Shown here one piece after another: positions 45,796 through 54,827 of a stretch of DNA of 64,000 nt. This DNA is from Dehalococcoidia bacterium (GTDB lineage Bacteria > Chloroflexota > Dehalococcoidia > Bin125): NCBI GenBank assembly GCA_963663895.2, contig CAXXRD010000005.1, positions 32,001-96,000 of the forward strand. Direction: 5' to 3'. How positions within the stretch are numbered: position 1 is the stretch's first letter; every line of letters begins with the position of its first letter. Below the pieces are notes generated by a model that saw only the letters and a list, made by a program, of their open reading frames with translations, ran no database searches and had not been told where the DNA came from. A program made the translations under genes and the position numbers.

Positions 45796-48282
45796 ATGAC
45801 GAAGTCAGCGGCGTCAAGCGGCGCGGAGCTTCCTGCCTACCGGCCGAGCGTGATCGAGCCGAAATGGCAGGCGCGCTGGGAGGCGGACGGGCTCTATCGG
45901 GTGCCGGATGACGACGTTACGCCGCGCGATCGCTGGTACTTGCTGACGATGTTTCCCTACACGAGTGGGGATCTGCACATCGGGCATTGGTACGCGATTG
46001 CGCCGTCCGATACGGCAGCGCGCTACCAGCGGATGCGGGGCAAGGACGTGCTGTTCCCGATCGGCTTCGATGCGTTCGGGCTGCCGGCGGAGAATGCGGC
46101 CATTCGCGAGGGGATCCACCCCATGACTTGGACGGCCGCGAACGTGGAGGCCATGCGGGAGCAACTGCGGCGGATGGGGCCGTCTTTTGACTGGGCGCGC
46201 GAGATCGTGACGTCGGATCCGGACTACTACCGCTGGACGCAGTGGTGGTTTCTCCAGTTACTGCGGCACGATTTGGCTTACCGCAAGCTGGCGCCGGCGA
46301 ATTGGTGCCCCTCGTGCCAGACGGTACTGGCGAACGAGCAGGTGATCCGGGGAGATGACGAGGTGGGGCGCTGTGAGCGATGCGGGTCCGTGATGGAGAG
46401 GCGGAACTTGGAGCAGTGGTTCTTCCGGATTACGAAGTACGCCGATGAGTTGTTGGACTTCCGCACGATCGACTGGCCGTCGCGGATCGAGACGATGCAG
46501 ACGAACTGGATCGGCCGCTCGGAGGGAGCGGAGATCCGCTTTCCGCTGGGGGCTGGGGTGGGAGGCGGCGCGATTCCGGTCTTCACGACGCGCGCGGACA
46601 CGGTCTTCGGCGTGACCTATCTGGTGTTGGCGCCGGAGCATCCGTTGGTCGAGGTACTGACCATGCCGGAGCAGCGGGACGCCGTGGAGGCATATGTGGC
46701 GGCAGCGCGGCAGGCGTCGGAGATCGAACGGCAGTCGACGACACGGGAGAAGACCGGGGTGTTCACTGGTGGGTCTGTGCTGCATCCGCTGACGGGAGCG
46801 GAAGTCCCCGTGTGGGTGGCGGACTATGTGTTGCCGTCTTACGGGACCGGCGCGGTGATGGGAGTGCCGGCCCACGACACGCGCGATTTCGAGTTCGCGA
46901 CGAAGTTCCAGTTGCCGATCGCGGTGGTGATCGCGCCCCCGGATTGGGACGGTCCGCCGTTGATCGAGGCCTACGTGGGGGATGGGCGGATGGTGAACTC
47001 TGGGGAGTTCGATGGATTGAGCGTGGAGGCAGGGAAGGCGGCGGTGACGGCGAAGCTGGCGGCAGTGGGCTTGGGAGGCGCCAGTGTGAGCTACCGGCTC
47101 CGCGACTGGCTGATCAGTCGGCAGCGTTACTGGGGCGCACCTATTCCCGTCGTCTATTGCGATCGCTGTGGGATCGTCCCGGTACCGGAAGACGAATTAC
47201 CCGTCCTGCTTCCGCCCGACGCGGAATTCCTGCCGACGGGTGAGTCGCCGTTAGCGCGACACGATGGCTTCACGCAGGTCGCCTGTCCTGAGTGTGAGGG
47301 ACCCGCGCGGCGTGAGACGGACACGATGGACACGTTTGTCTGTTCGTCGTGGTACATGTTCCGCTACCTCGATCCGCACAACGATGACGCGCCGCTGCAG
47401 ATGGAGCAGGCGCGGCGCTGGCTGCCTGTCGACCAGTACACGGGCGGAGCAGAGCACGCGGTCATGCACCTGCTTTACGCGCGCTTCTTCACGAAAGCGG
47501 CGCGCGATATGGGAGTGCTGCCGGTGGGAGAGCCGTTCCAGCGGCTCTTCAATCAAGGGACGATCCTCAAGGGCGGCCAGAAGATGTCCAAGAGTCGAGG
47601 CAACGTGGTGAACCCGGATGCGTTCGTACAACGCCTCGGTGCCGATGTCGTGCGCTCTTATCTGATGTTCTTGGGACCGTGGGACCGGGGTGGCGATTGG
47701 GACGACAGCGGGATCCAGGGGCTCTGGCGCTGGCTGAATCGGGTCTGGCAGCTCGTGCTGGGGCCAGTGAAGCGCAGCGAGGATGCGGAAAGCGCCCGCG
47801 CGATTCGGCGACGCACGCACCAGATGATCCGCCGGGTGACGGAGGATATGGAGCGGTTCCACTTCAACACGATGCTGGCGGCGATGATGGAGTTCACGAA
47901 CGCCCTTGCGGGAGAGCGAGAGCGCGGTTGCGTGGACGGGGCGGCGTGGGATGAGGCGATCGAGGCGTTGGTGCTGTGTCTGGCGCCATCGGCACCCCAC
48001 GTGGCGGAGGAGCTATGGGAGCGCTTGGGCCGGCCGTACTCAGTGCATCAGCAGGCGTGGCCGGCGTGGGATGCGGAGTTGGCGGCGGCGGCGGCGGTGA
48101 CGCTGGTCGTGCAGGTCAACGGGAAGGTACGCGACCGGCTGACCGTAGCGGTTGGGCTGGGGGAGGAGGAGGCGCGGGCAGCGGCGGAGGGTTCGGCGAG
48201 GGTGGCGGCTCAGCTAACGGGCATGTCGATCCGGAAGATTGTGTACGTCCCGGACAAGTTGATTAACTTAGTGGCGAGCTAG
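45796..48282 (+). CDS. leuS: Leucine--tRNA ligase
   Basis: MFPYTSGDLHIGH, DWLISRQRYWG, KMSKS and VQVNGKVR motifs. Confidence 0.97.
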   Translation: MTKSAASSGAELPAYRPSVIEPKWQARWEADGLYRVPDDDVTPRDRWYLLTMFPYTSGDLHIGHWYAIAPSDTAARYQRMRGKDVLFPIGFDAFGLPAENAAIREGIHPMTWTAANVEAMREQLRRMGPSFDWAREIVTSDPDYYRWTQWWFLQLLRHDLAYRKLAPANWCPSCQTVLANEQVIRGDDEVGRCERCGSVMERRNLEQWFFRITKYADELLDFRTIDWPSRIETMQTNWIGRSEGAEIRFPLGAGVGGGAIPVFTTRADTVFGVTYLVLAPEHPLVEVLTMPEQRDAVEAYVAAARQASEIERQSTTREKTGVFTGGSVLHPLTGAEVPVWVADYVLPSYGTGAVMGVPAHDTRDFEFATKFQLPIAVVIAPPDWDGPPLIEAYVGDGRMVNSGEFDGLSVEAGKAAVTAKLAAVGLGGASVSYRLRDWLISRQRYWGAPIPVVYCDRCGIVPVPEDELPVLLPPDAEFLPTGESPLARHDGFTQVACPECEGPARRETDTMDTFVCSSWYMFRYLDPHNDDAPLQMEQARRWLPVDQYTGGAEHAVMHLLYARFFTKAARDMGVLPVGEPFQRLFNQGTILKGGQKMSKSRGNVVNPDAFVQRLGADVVRSYLMFLGPWDRGGDWDDSGIQGLWRWLNRVWQLVLGPVKRSEDAESARAIRRRTHQMIRRVTEDMERFHFNTMLAAMMEFTNALAGERERGCVDGAAWDEAIEALVLCLAPSAPHVAEELWERLGRPYSVHQQAWPAWDAELAAAAAVTLVVQVNGKVRDRLTVAVGLGEEEARAAAEGSARVAAQLTGMSIRKIVYVPDKLINLVAS

Positions 48283-48286
48283 CGGT

Positions 48287-48877
48287 TCAGTCGGGCTCGC
48301 TGGGAGCGTGCTGCTCGCGGATGCGAGCGTCGCGAAGGGCGACAGAGCGCTGCTCCTGTTCCTGATCGAGCTTTTGGCTGAGTTGCTCGATCCCGGCGCG
48401 GATGCTGGTGAGCAGGGCGGCGAGCTGACTCTCGAGGCGCCGGAGTACGTCGAGGGAGTAGCGGTCGGCTTCGATCGCTTGTTCGATCGCCTGGCTCGTG
48501 GCGCTGCCGCGGATGGCGGTGGCTTCGGTCCGTGCCTCTTTCGTGATCTGCTGGGCTTGCTGCGTAGCTTCTTTGATGATCTCGGCGGCACGGAGCTGAG
48601 CCTGGCGGACCAGGTCGTGTCCATTGAGTTGGGCGTCGGCTTCCTGCCGGGCCTTGGCGACGATCACTTCCACTTCCTCGTTGGCGCGGGCAATGATCTG
48701 TTGCCGGTCGTGGAGGACGTTCTGGGCGTCTGCGATGGCTGTGGGGACGGAGGCGCGAATTTGATCGACGAGATCGAGGAGGCGATCACGATCGACGGAG
48801 ACGCCGCCACCGAACCGCGCCCGCCGCCCGGCGAGCAGCGTCTCTTCGAACTGGTCGATGAGCTCCAAGATATTGAT
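48287..48877 (-). CDS. Conserved coiled-coil protein downstream of coaD (DivIVA/ATPase-subunit-like); start at ATC 48877 or TTG 48868
   Basis: NILELIDQFEE...VDRDRLLDLVDQIRASVP followed by a long coiled coil; common rsmD-coaD-X synteny. Confidence 0.8.
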   Translation of the reverse strand: MNILELIDQFEETLLAGRRARFGGGVSVDRDRLLDLVDQIRASVPTAIADAQNVLHDRQQIIARANEEVEVIVAKARQEADAQLNGHDLVRQAQLRAAEIIKEATQQAQQITKEARTEATAIRGSATSQAIEQAIEADRYSLDVLRRLESQLAALLTSIRAGIEQLSQKLDQEQEQRSVALRDARIREQHAPSEPD

Positions 48878-48897
48878 GGCCGGTTCCTTCGATTCGG

Positions 48898-49383
48898 CTA
48901 GTTCGGGCGCAGGGGGCCAAGCTTTGCTTTGAGTGCCTCGGCCACATGCGCCGGGACGAGATCGTCGACGGGATGGCCGAGACCGGCGAGCTCGCGGATA
49001 CGGCTGGCGGAGATGTAAAGGTGCTCGAGACTGGCCATGAGATAGACGGATTCTATCTCCGGGGCCATTTTGTTGTTCATCAAGGCCATGTCGAACTCGG
49101 CTTCGAAGCCGGTGACGGCGCGGATGCCACGGACGAGGACGGTGGCGCCGAGCGCGCGGGCAAAGTCGACGACGAGGCCATCGAAGGCGGCGACGCGGAC
49201 GTTGGGGTACGAGCGGACCGCCTCCTCAATGAGGACGCGGCGCTCTGGGAGGGTGAAGAGCTGCTGATCGCGCTGATAGATGCCGACGGTTAACTCGTCG
49301 AAGAGACGGGCGGCGCGCGCGACGATATCCAAATGCCCGTTGGTGACTGGATCGAAGCCGCCGGGGTAGACCGCTGTGGTCAT
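48898..49383 (-). CDS. coaD: Phosphopantetheine adenylyltransferase
   Basis: YPGGFDPVTNGHLDI and VRGIR motifs. Confidence 0.95.
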   Translation of the reverse strand: MTTAVYPGGFDPVTNGHLDIVARAARLFDELTVGIYQRDQQLFTLPERRVLIEEAVRSYPNVRVAAFDGLVVDFARALGATVLVRGIRAVTGFEAEFDMALMNNKMAPEIESVYLMASLEHLYISASRIRELAGLGHPVDDLVPAHVAEALKAKLGPLRPN

Positions 49384-49973
49384 GGTGCGCTCTCGTCTTG
49401 GCCTGGAGATGGGTCACCCACCGCGAGGCGATAGGTTTCCAGGACTGCATCACCGTAGCGACGCGTGTCGCGGCGTGCCAGCGTTCCAAGCGCCTCGGGG
49501 GCGGGGCGGCTCCGGGGATGACGCCAGAGGACGAGAGCGGTCGGGGCGAGGAGGCCCATGTGGACGACCGCTTCGGCGACTGCCGTGGCGTCCTCTCGGT
49601 ATGGCGGGTCCACAAAGCACAGGCCGTAGGGCCCTTGTAACCGCCGGATTGCCCGCTCGGCTGAGAGACAGAGGACACGTGCCCCGGCGGAGATCTCTAG
49701 CGTGGCAAGGTTGCGACGGATGACGTCGCAGGCGGTGCGATCGCGCTCGACGAAGTCGACGCCGGGGGCACCGCGGCTGAGCGCTTCGATGCCGAAGAAG
49801 CCGGCACCGGCGTAGAGGTCGAGAACTGGTGCGTCCAGGCAACTGCGCACGTCAAGACGGTTGAAGATGGAGTCGCGGAGCCGGGCAGTGGTGGGACGGG
49901 TACCCGTGGCGGGGGCGAAGAGGCGTCGCCCCTTGAGCTGTCCGCCGGTGACGCGAGGTGGGGAGAACGCCAG
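49380..49973 (-). CDS. rsmD: 16S rRNA m2G966 methyltransferase; probable CTG start
   Basis: RVTGGQLKGRRL and TRPTTARLRDSIFN lie in frame upstream of the listed ORF; LDLYAG and DPPY motifs. Confidence 0.88.
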   Translation of the reverse strand: MAFSPPRVTGGQLKGRRLFAPATGTRPTTARLRDSIFNRLDVRSCLDAPVLDLYAGAGFFGIEALSRGAPGVDFVERDRTACDVIRRNLATLEISAGARVLCLSAERAIRRLQGPYGLCFVDPPYREDATAVAEAVVHMGLLAPTALVLWRHPRSRPAPEALGTLARRDTRRYGDAVLETYRLAVGDPSPGQDESAP

Positions 49974-49982
49974 GGGGTGCTC

Positions 49983-51713
49983 CTAGGGCTCCACGGTGAC
50001 GGCGAGCGCGCGGCCCACGCGTACATTGCCGTCGCTGAGGATGAGACGTGCTTCGTACTGACCGGGAATGGCTGGACTCTCCCAAACGACCCAGCCTTCC
50101 CTGCCGGAGCCGCTGAGCTCACCGGCGTCAACCTCCCAGATTGGGACGAAGAGTTGATCGTTCGGGAAAGTGGGGCTGACGGTGCCCTGCTCCAGGAATT
50201 CGATGACGGGCTCCCATACGTCGGCAGCGCCGTCCGTGGCCGAGATATCCTCAATGGCGAGGCCGCCGAGTTCGAACTCGCTGATCGCTTGGAGCTTGAA
50301 GGCGATGCTGAAACGGTTCTCGATCCAGACCGTGACCGGATCTTCGGTCTGTCCGGCCGCGACAAACGAGACCATGCGCGCGAATCGGTCCCAGAAAAGT
50401 CCACTGGCGCCTGCGTCTTGGAAGATGTTATCGCCGACCAGCGTGACGCGCTGGCCGGAGCGGATCGGTCCAGCCTCCCGCACGCTGATCTGGGCAGCGA
50501 GTCCGAGCGCTTCGCGTTGCGTGAGCAGGCGAAAGCCTTGCAAGCTCTTCTCGACGCTATGCGATGAGAGGGAGAGGAGGAGCTTCTCGGCGGGAACGCG
50601 GTCCAGCACCCAAGGCAGGGCGACCTGGATGCTGTCCAGCCAGATCGATGGGTCGCGAGGGGGGACGAGCTTGACGAGGTCTGCGGCAGCGCCGAGGGCG
50701 GTGATGTTATAGGCGCCCTCGTTGATCCCTGAGGCGTCGCGACGAGGCAGGGGGACGGCGATGGTAAGGCCGCGGCCGTCGCGACGAAGTTCGTCCGCGA
50801 GCGTGGTGACGAATTCCGTGAAGGCATCCCGGAGAGCCGGGCTGATGACTTGGTAGTCGATGTCGACGCCATCGTGGCGGCCGGTCTGCACCATCAGCAG
50901 AATATTGTTGATGTGTTGTCGCCGCAGTTGGGTAGAGGCGATGACTTGATTGACGATGTCGGCCTCGGGCTCCCCGGCGAACACGACGGGGTAGACGGGT
51001 TGGGTGAGGTCCGGTGGGATCGTTTCAACGCGTCCGAGGAGGGAGGCGTCCTCGCCCGGGGTGAAGCCGACCGGGTTGATGATGGTGAGGTTGTTGGTGG
51101 CGACGGCCGAGATCTCCGCGCCGGCCGGGAGGCGGCCGGTGACCGTGTTGCGGAACTGCCGGCGGCGCAGGATAGCGATGTTCGCGGGGGCGACTTCCAG
51201 AGCGATGCGGGCACTGGTGCCATCGTCGGTAAGGATCGCGGAAGTGAGACGCTCCCATGCGCCGCCCTGGAATGTGTAGGCGCCGAGGTTGCGCTGGTCT
51301 TGGGTCGGTTGGATGAGACGGAGGGTAAAGGCGTAAGGGCCTGGGAGCCGTGCGGGGACTCGCACGGTGTAGAGGAAGCTGGCAGGCGTGAGAAAATCCG
51401 GGAGATCGGGCATCTGGTCGACGGTGGCGACCTCGACATCTGAGGCGGGTATCACGGTGTCGGCGGCCGTTGCTGAGGCCGGATCGGATTCCTCATCACT
51501 GTTGAGCAGGGCGATGGGAGGAACGAAGAGGATGACGATCAGCGCGGCGATCGCGACGGTGGCGGCGAGGAGGAGGACGACGAAGAAGATCCCACCGCGG
51601 TCCTTCGAACGCTCTGGGGCCCGTTCCTCAGGTTCGGGAGGGTCGTAGGGCCGAGACGCGCCGGCGCTGATCCGGCGCGGCTGCCGTGGGCGGAAGGGGC
51701 TGTCTTCAGTCAT
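49983..51713 (-). CDS. Membrane-anchored glycoside hydrolase family 18-like protein
   Basis: TM anchor, DGVDIDYQ, VPAEKLLL and VWIEN..S..KL...LGG motifs. Confidence 0.72.
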   Translation of the reverse strand: MTEDSPFRPRQPRRISAGASRPYDPPEPEERAPERSKDRGGIFFVVLLLAATVAIAALIVILFVPPIALLNSDEESDPASATAADTVIPASDVEVATVDQMPDLPDFLTPASFLYTVRVPARLPGPYAFTLRLIQPTQDQRNLGAYTFQGGAWERLTSAILTDDGTSARIALEVAPANIAILRRRQFRNTVTGRLPAGAEISAVATNNLTIINPVGFTPGEDASLLGRVETIPPDLTQPVYPVVFAGEPEADIVNQVIASTQLRRQHINNILLMVQTGRHDGVDIDYQVISPALRDAFTEFVTTLADELRRDGRGLTIAVPLPRRDASGINEGAYNITALGAAADLVKLVPPRDPSIWLDSIQVALPWVLDRVPAEKLLLSLSSHSVEKSLQGFRLLTQREALGLAAQISVREAGPIRSGQRVTLVGDNIFQDAGASGLFWDRFARMVSFVAAGQTEDPVTVWIENRFSIAFKLQAISEFELGGLAIEDISATDGAADVWEPVIEFLEQGTVSPTFPNDQLFVPIWEVDAGELSGSGREGWVVWESPAIPGQYEARLILSDGNVRVGRALAVTVEP

Positions 51714-52154
51714 GGCTTAGTCACGTGTGCCAGGGTTGCTGACGACGCCCGCGTCGGGCAAGGCGATCTCTTTGCGGAAGGGATCGCCGATCGTGATGAC
51801 AGACTGGCTCGACCAGGAAACGTCCGGCGCGCCGACGGTGCGGGATCGGTCAGTGATGCTGCTTGGAATGCCGGCGCCGGTCGCCGTGAGGATGCTGTGA
51901 GGCACGGAGTTCTTCAAGGGGTCGCCGGGTTGTGTGCTCCGGGGCGCGGAACACTCCAGTCCCGCCCCTACCATACGCCAGTCTATCACTGGCACGGGCT
52001 CCCGCCGCGTGGTGAGGCGGGCGACATGTTCCCGTGCGATCGAGGCGACGACTATACTGTTTTGGTCGATAGCAACTGACCGTTCGTGGCCGGAGCGCAG
52101 ACTCCAGGATGGTTCCGTTCAGGCCGCCGGACGTTCAAGAACGGAGTGCGCGAG

Positions 52155-52631
52155 ATGGCGGCCCAGAAGCCCGTCCCTATCACTCGCCAAGGGCTGGCGC
52201 GGCTGCAGGAGGAGTTGGACGAGCTCGTCACCGTGAAACGTGTGGCGACTGCGGAGCGGATCCATCAGATCCGCGAGCTGGCACCGACGACGCAAGGAGA
52301 CGGCGAGTTCGAGGAGGCGAAGAACGCGCAGGCTTTCATTGAGGGCCGGATCTTGACGATCGAGAAGATCCTGGCGAACGCGGAAGTGATCGATGAGAGC
52401 CAGGCGCACGACGCGAGCGCGGTGCACTTGGGAGCGACGGTGGAGGTGACGGTGGGGGGGACGGTACAGCAGTTCACGATCGTGGGAATGGCGGAAGTCG
52501 ACCCGTCACATGGGTTCGTGAGCGATGAATCGCCGGTGGGACGCGCGCTGCTGGGGCACAAGATCGGCGAGACTGTTGAGGCGGACGCTCCAGCCGGCAA
52601 GATCAAGATCAAGATCGAGAAGATCCACTAG
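52155..52631 (+). CDS. greA: GreA/GreB family elongation factor (second, divergent tip)
   Basis: ITRQGLARLQEELDEL, EAKNAQAFIEGRI and VSDESPVGRALLG; upstream of lysS. Confidence 0.88.
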   Translation: MAAQKPVPITRQGLARLQEELDELVTVKRVATAERIHQIRELAPTTQGDGEFEEAKNAQAFIEGRILTIEKILANAEVIDESQAHDASAVHLGATVEVTVGGTVQQFTIVGMAEVDPSHGFVSDESPVGRALLGHKIGETVEADAPAGKIKIKIEKIH

Positions 52632-52771
52632 CGCAGGCTCTCTGCACGCTCCACGTTGTCCTTGAAATCCTTGAGCCCACTGAGACGACAGGGAGAGCGT
52701 CTGCAGTCGGTCGGCTCTACCATGCCTGCAAGGGTGTCGGCGATGATCTGGGGGCAGAGGATCCAGCCCGG

Positions 52772-54271
52772 ATGACTGAGGAACTCAGCGCGCGGCAGCG
52801 CGAACTCCAGCAGCAGCGAAGGCAGAAGGCCGAGTCGCTCCGGGCGGCGGGCATCGATCCCTATCCCGCCCGTACTTCGCGTACGCACACGCTTGCGCAA
52901 GCGAAAGCGGAGTTCGTCGCCTGTGAGGAGGCGAGCGGTACAGCGCCTTCGGTAGTGGTGGCCGGCCGGGTAACGGCGCTGCGGAACCTCGGGAAGATCG
53001 CTTTTCTTGACCTCCGGGATGGCAGCGGCGAGCTGCAGCTGCATTGCGGCCGAGACGCGATGACGCATGAGGGGGAGTCGGCGGGGTGGGGGCTGCTGGA
53101 GTCGCTGGATTTAGGGGATTTTGTGGAGGCCAGAGGGTCGATGATGCGGACGCGACGGGGCGAGGTGTCCGTGGATGTGGAGGGATGGTGCCTGCTGGCG
53201 AAAGCGTTGCGGTCGCCCCCAGAGAAATTCCATGGGTTGCGGGACGTAGAGGCGCGCTATCGCCAGCGCTACTTGGACATACAGAGTAATCCGGGGTCGC
53301 GGGAGGTATTCGAGGTACGGTCGCGCGTGATTGCGGCATTGCGACGTTGGATGGACGAACGGGGGTTTCTGGAGGTGGAGACGCCGGTGCTGCAGCCGGA
53401 GGCGGGAGGAGCGGCGGCACGCCCGTTCCGGACGCACTTCAATGCACTCGATGAAGCGCGGTACTTGCGCATTGCCTTGGAACTGCATCTGAAGCGGTTG
53501 ATCGTGGGTGGGTTCGACAGGGTGTACGAGATCGGGCGGATCTTCCGGAACGAAGGCGTGTCAACCCGTCACAACCCCGAGTTCACCATGATGGAGTCCT
53601 ACGAGGCCTATACGGATTACTTGGGTGTGGCAGCGATGGTGGAGGAGCTCGTGGCCTATCTGGCGGCGGTGGCGACGGGATCGACGCGTGTGCCGTGGGG
53701 CGATGCGACGATCGAGCTGGCACCGCCGTGGCGGCGCCTGACCGTGGCAGAAGCGGTGCGGGATTACGCGGGGATCGATCTGGAGCAGTACCGTGATGAG
53801 ACGGATCTCCGCACGTGGCTGCGCGATCAAGGGATTGCGGTGCCGGAGCAGGGGGGCTGGGCGAAGCTGTTCGATACGCTGCTGAGCGAGCGCGTGGAGC
53901 CGGAGTTCGTGCAACCGACGTTCCTTCTCGACTGGCCGGTGGAGACCACGCCGCTTGCGAAACGAGTGGCGGATGATGCCTCGCGAGTGGAGCGGTTCGA
54001 GGCGTTCGTGGCGGGGTGGGAGATCGCGAATGCCTACAGCGAGTTGAACGACCCGGACGACCAACGGTGCCGCTTTGAGGAGCAGCAAGCATTGCGACGA
54101 GCGGGAGATGAGGAGGCGGAGATGATGGATGAGGACTTTCTCGTGGCGCTGGAGTACGGGATGCCGCCGACGGGGGGATTGGGTATGGGGATCGACCGGC
54201 TGGTGATGGTGCTGACGAACTCGCAATCGATCCGGGACGTGATCCTGTTCCCGCAGATGCGCCGTGCTTAA
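52772..54271 (+). CDS. lysS: Lysine--tRNA ligase (class II)
   Basis: RYRQRYLD, GGAAARPF, FRNEG and YGMPPTGGLGMGIDRL motifs. Confidence 0.97.
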   Translation: MTEELSARQRELQQQRRQKAESLRAAGIDPYPARTSRTHTLAQAKAEFVACEEASGTAPSVVVAGRVTALRNLGKIAFLDLRDGSGELQLHCGRDAMTHEGESAGWGLLESLDLGDFVEARGSMMRTRRGEVSVDVEGWCLLAKALRSPPEKFHGLRDVEARYRQRYLDIQSNPGSREVFEVRSRVIAALRRWMDERGFLEVETPVLQPEAGGAAARPFRTHFNALDEARYLRIALELHLKRLIVGGFDRVYEIGRIFRNEGVSTRHNPEFTMMESYEAYTDYLGVAAMVEELVAYLAAVATGSTRVPWGDATIELAPPWRRLTVAEAVRDYAGIDLEQYRDETDLRTWLRDQGIAVPEQGGWAKLFDTLLSERVEPEFVQPTFLLDWPVETTPLAKRVADDASRVERFEAFVAGWEIANAYSELNDPDDQRCRFEEQQALRRAGDEEAEMMDEDFLVALEYGMPPTGGLGMGIDRLVMVLTNSQSIRDVILFPQMRRA

Positions 54272-54292
54272 TCGTGTTCGCGGTGTCGGCAG

Positions 54293-54808
54293 ATGCAGCG
54301 TCACTTGACGGTGACGGCATTCGTCTCGGCGGAGGGGGCGACGCTGCTGCACTGGCACGCGAAGAACCGCATGTGGTTGCCGCCCGGGGGGCATATCGAA
54401 CCCGATGAAGATCCGCTGGAGGCGGCCTTGCGGGAGACAATGGAGGAGACGGGGATCGCGGTGACGGTGCTGCCGACATCCGAGCCATTCGGCTTTGCCT
54501 CGCCGAGGCAGCTACCAGCGCCCGTGACGATCATGGTGGAATCGATTCCCGCGTCAGCGGGTGATCCGGCGCATGAGCATCTGGACCTGATCTACTTCAC
54601 GCGACCCCAGATCGAGGGGCGTCCGGAGGTAGACGAGGCGGGCCCGTCGGCTCGATGGCACTGGGTCGACGCGGCGGCGCTGCGGACGAACGCAGCGCTG
54701 CCGCTGTCGGACGGAGGGATGCGGGACGGTGATCGCTCGGCGCGTGTCCCGCAGGATGTCCGTGTCCTGGGGCTGGCGGCGATCGAGCGGGCGGCGCGGG
54801 AGCGGTAG
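54293..54808 (+). CDS. NUDIX hydrolase
   Basis: Nudix box PGGHIEPDEDPLEAALRETMEETG. Confidence 0.9.
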   Translation: MQRHLTVTAFVSAEGATLLHWHAKNRMWLPPGGHIEPDEDPLEAALRETMEETGIAVTVLPTSEPFGFASPRQLPAPVTIMVESIPASAGDPAHEHLDLIYFTRPQIEGRPEVDEAGPSARWHWVDAAALRTNAALPLSDGGMRDGDRSARVPQDVRVLGLAAIERAARER

Positions 54809-54827
54809 CCATGGAGAGCCGGTAGCC

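Noticed and set aside
51717-51995. 92-aa minus-strand ORF between the GH18-like gene and greA
   Set aside because: No recognisable motif or convincing SD; it cannot be distinguished from non-coding sequence.
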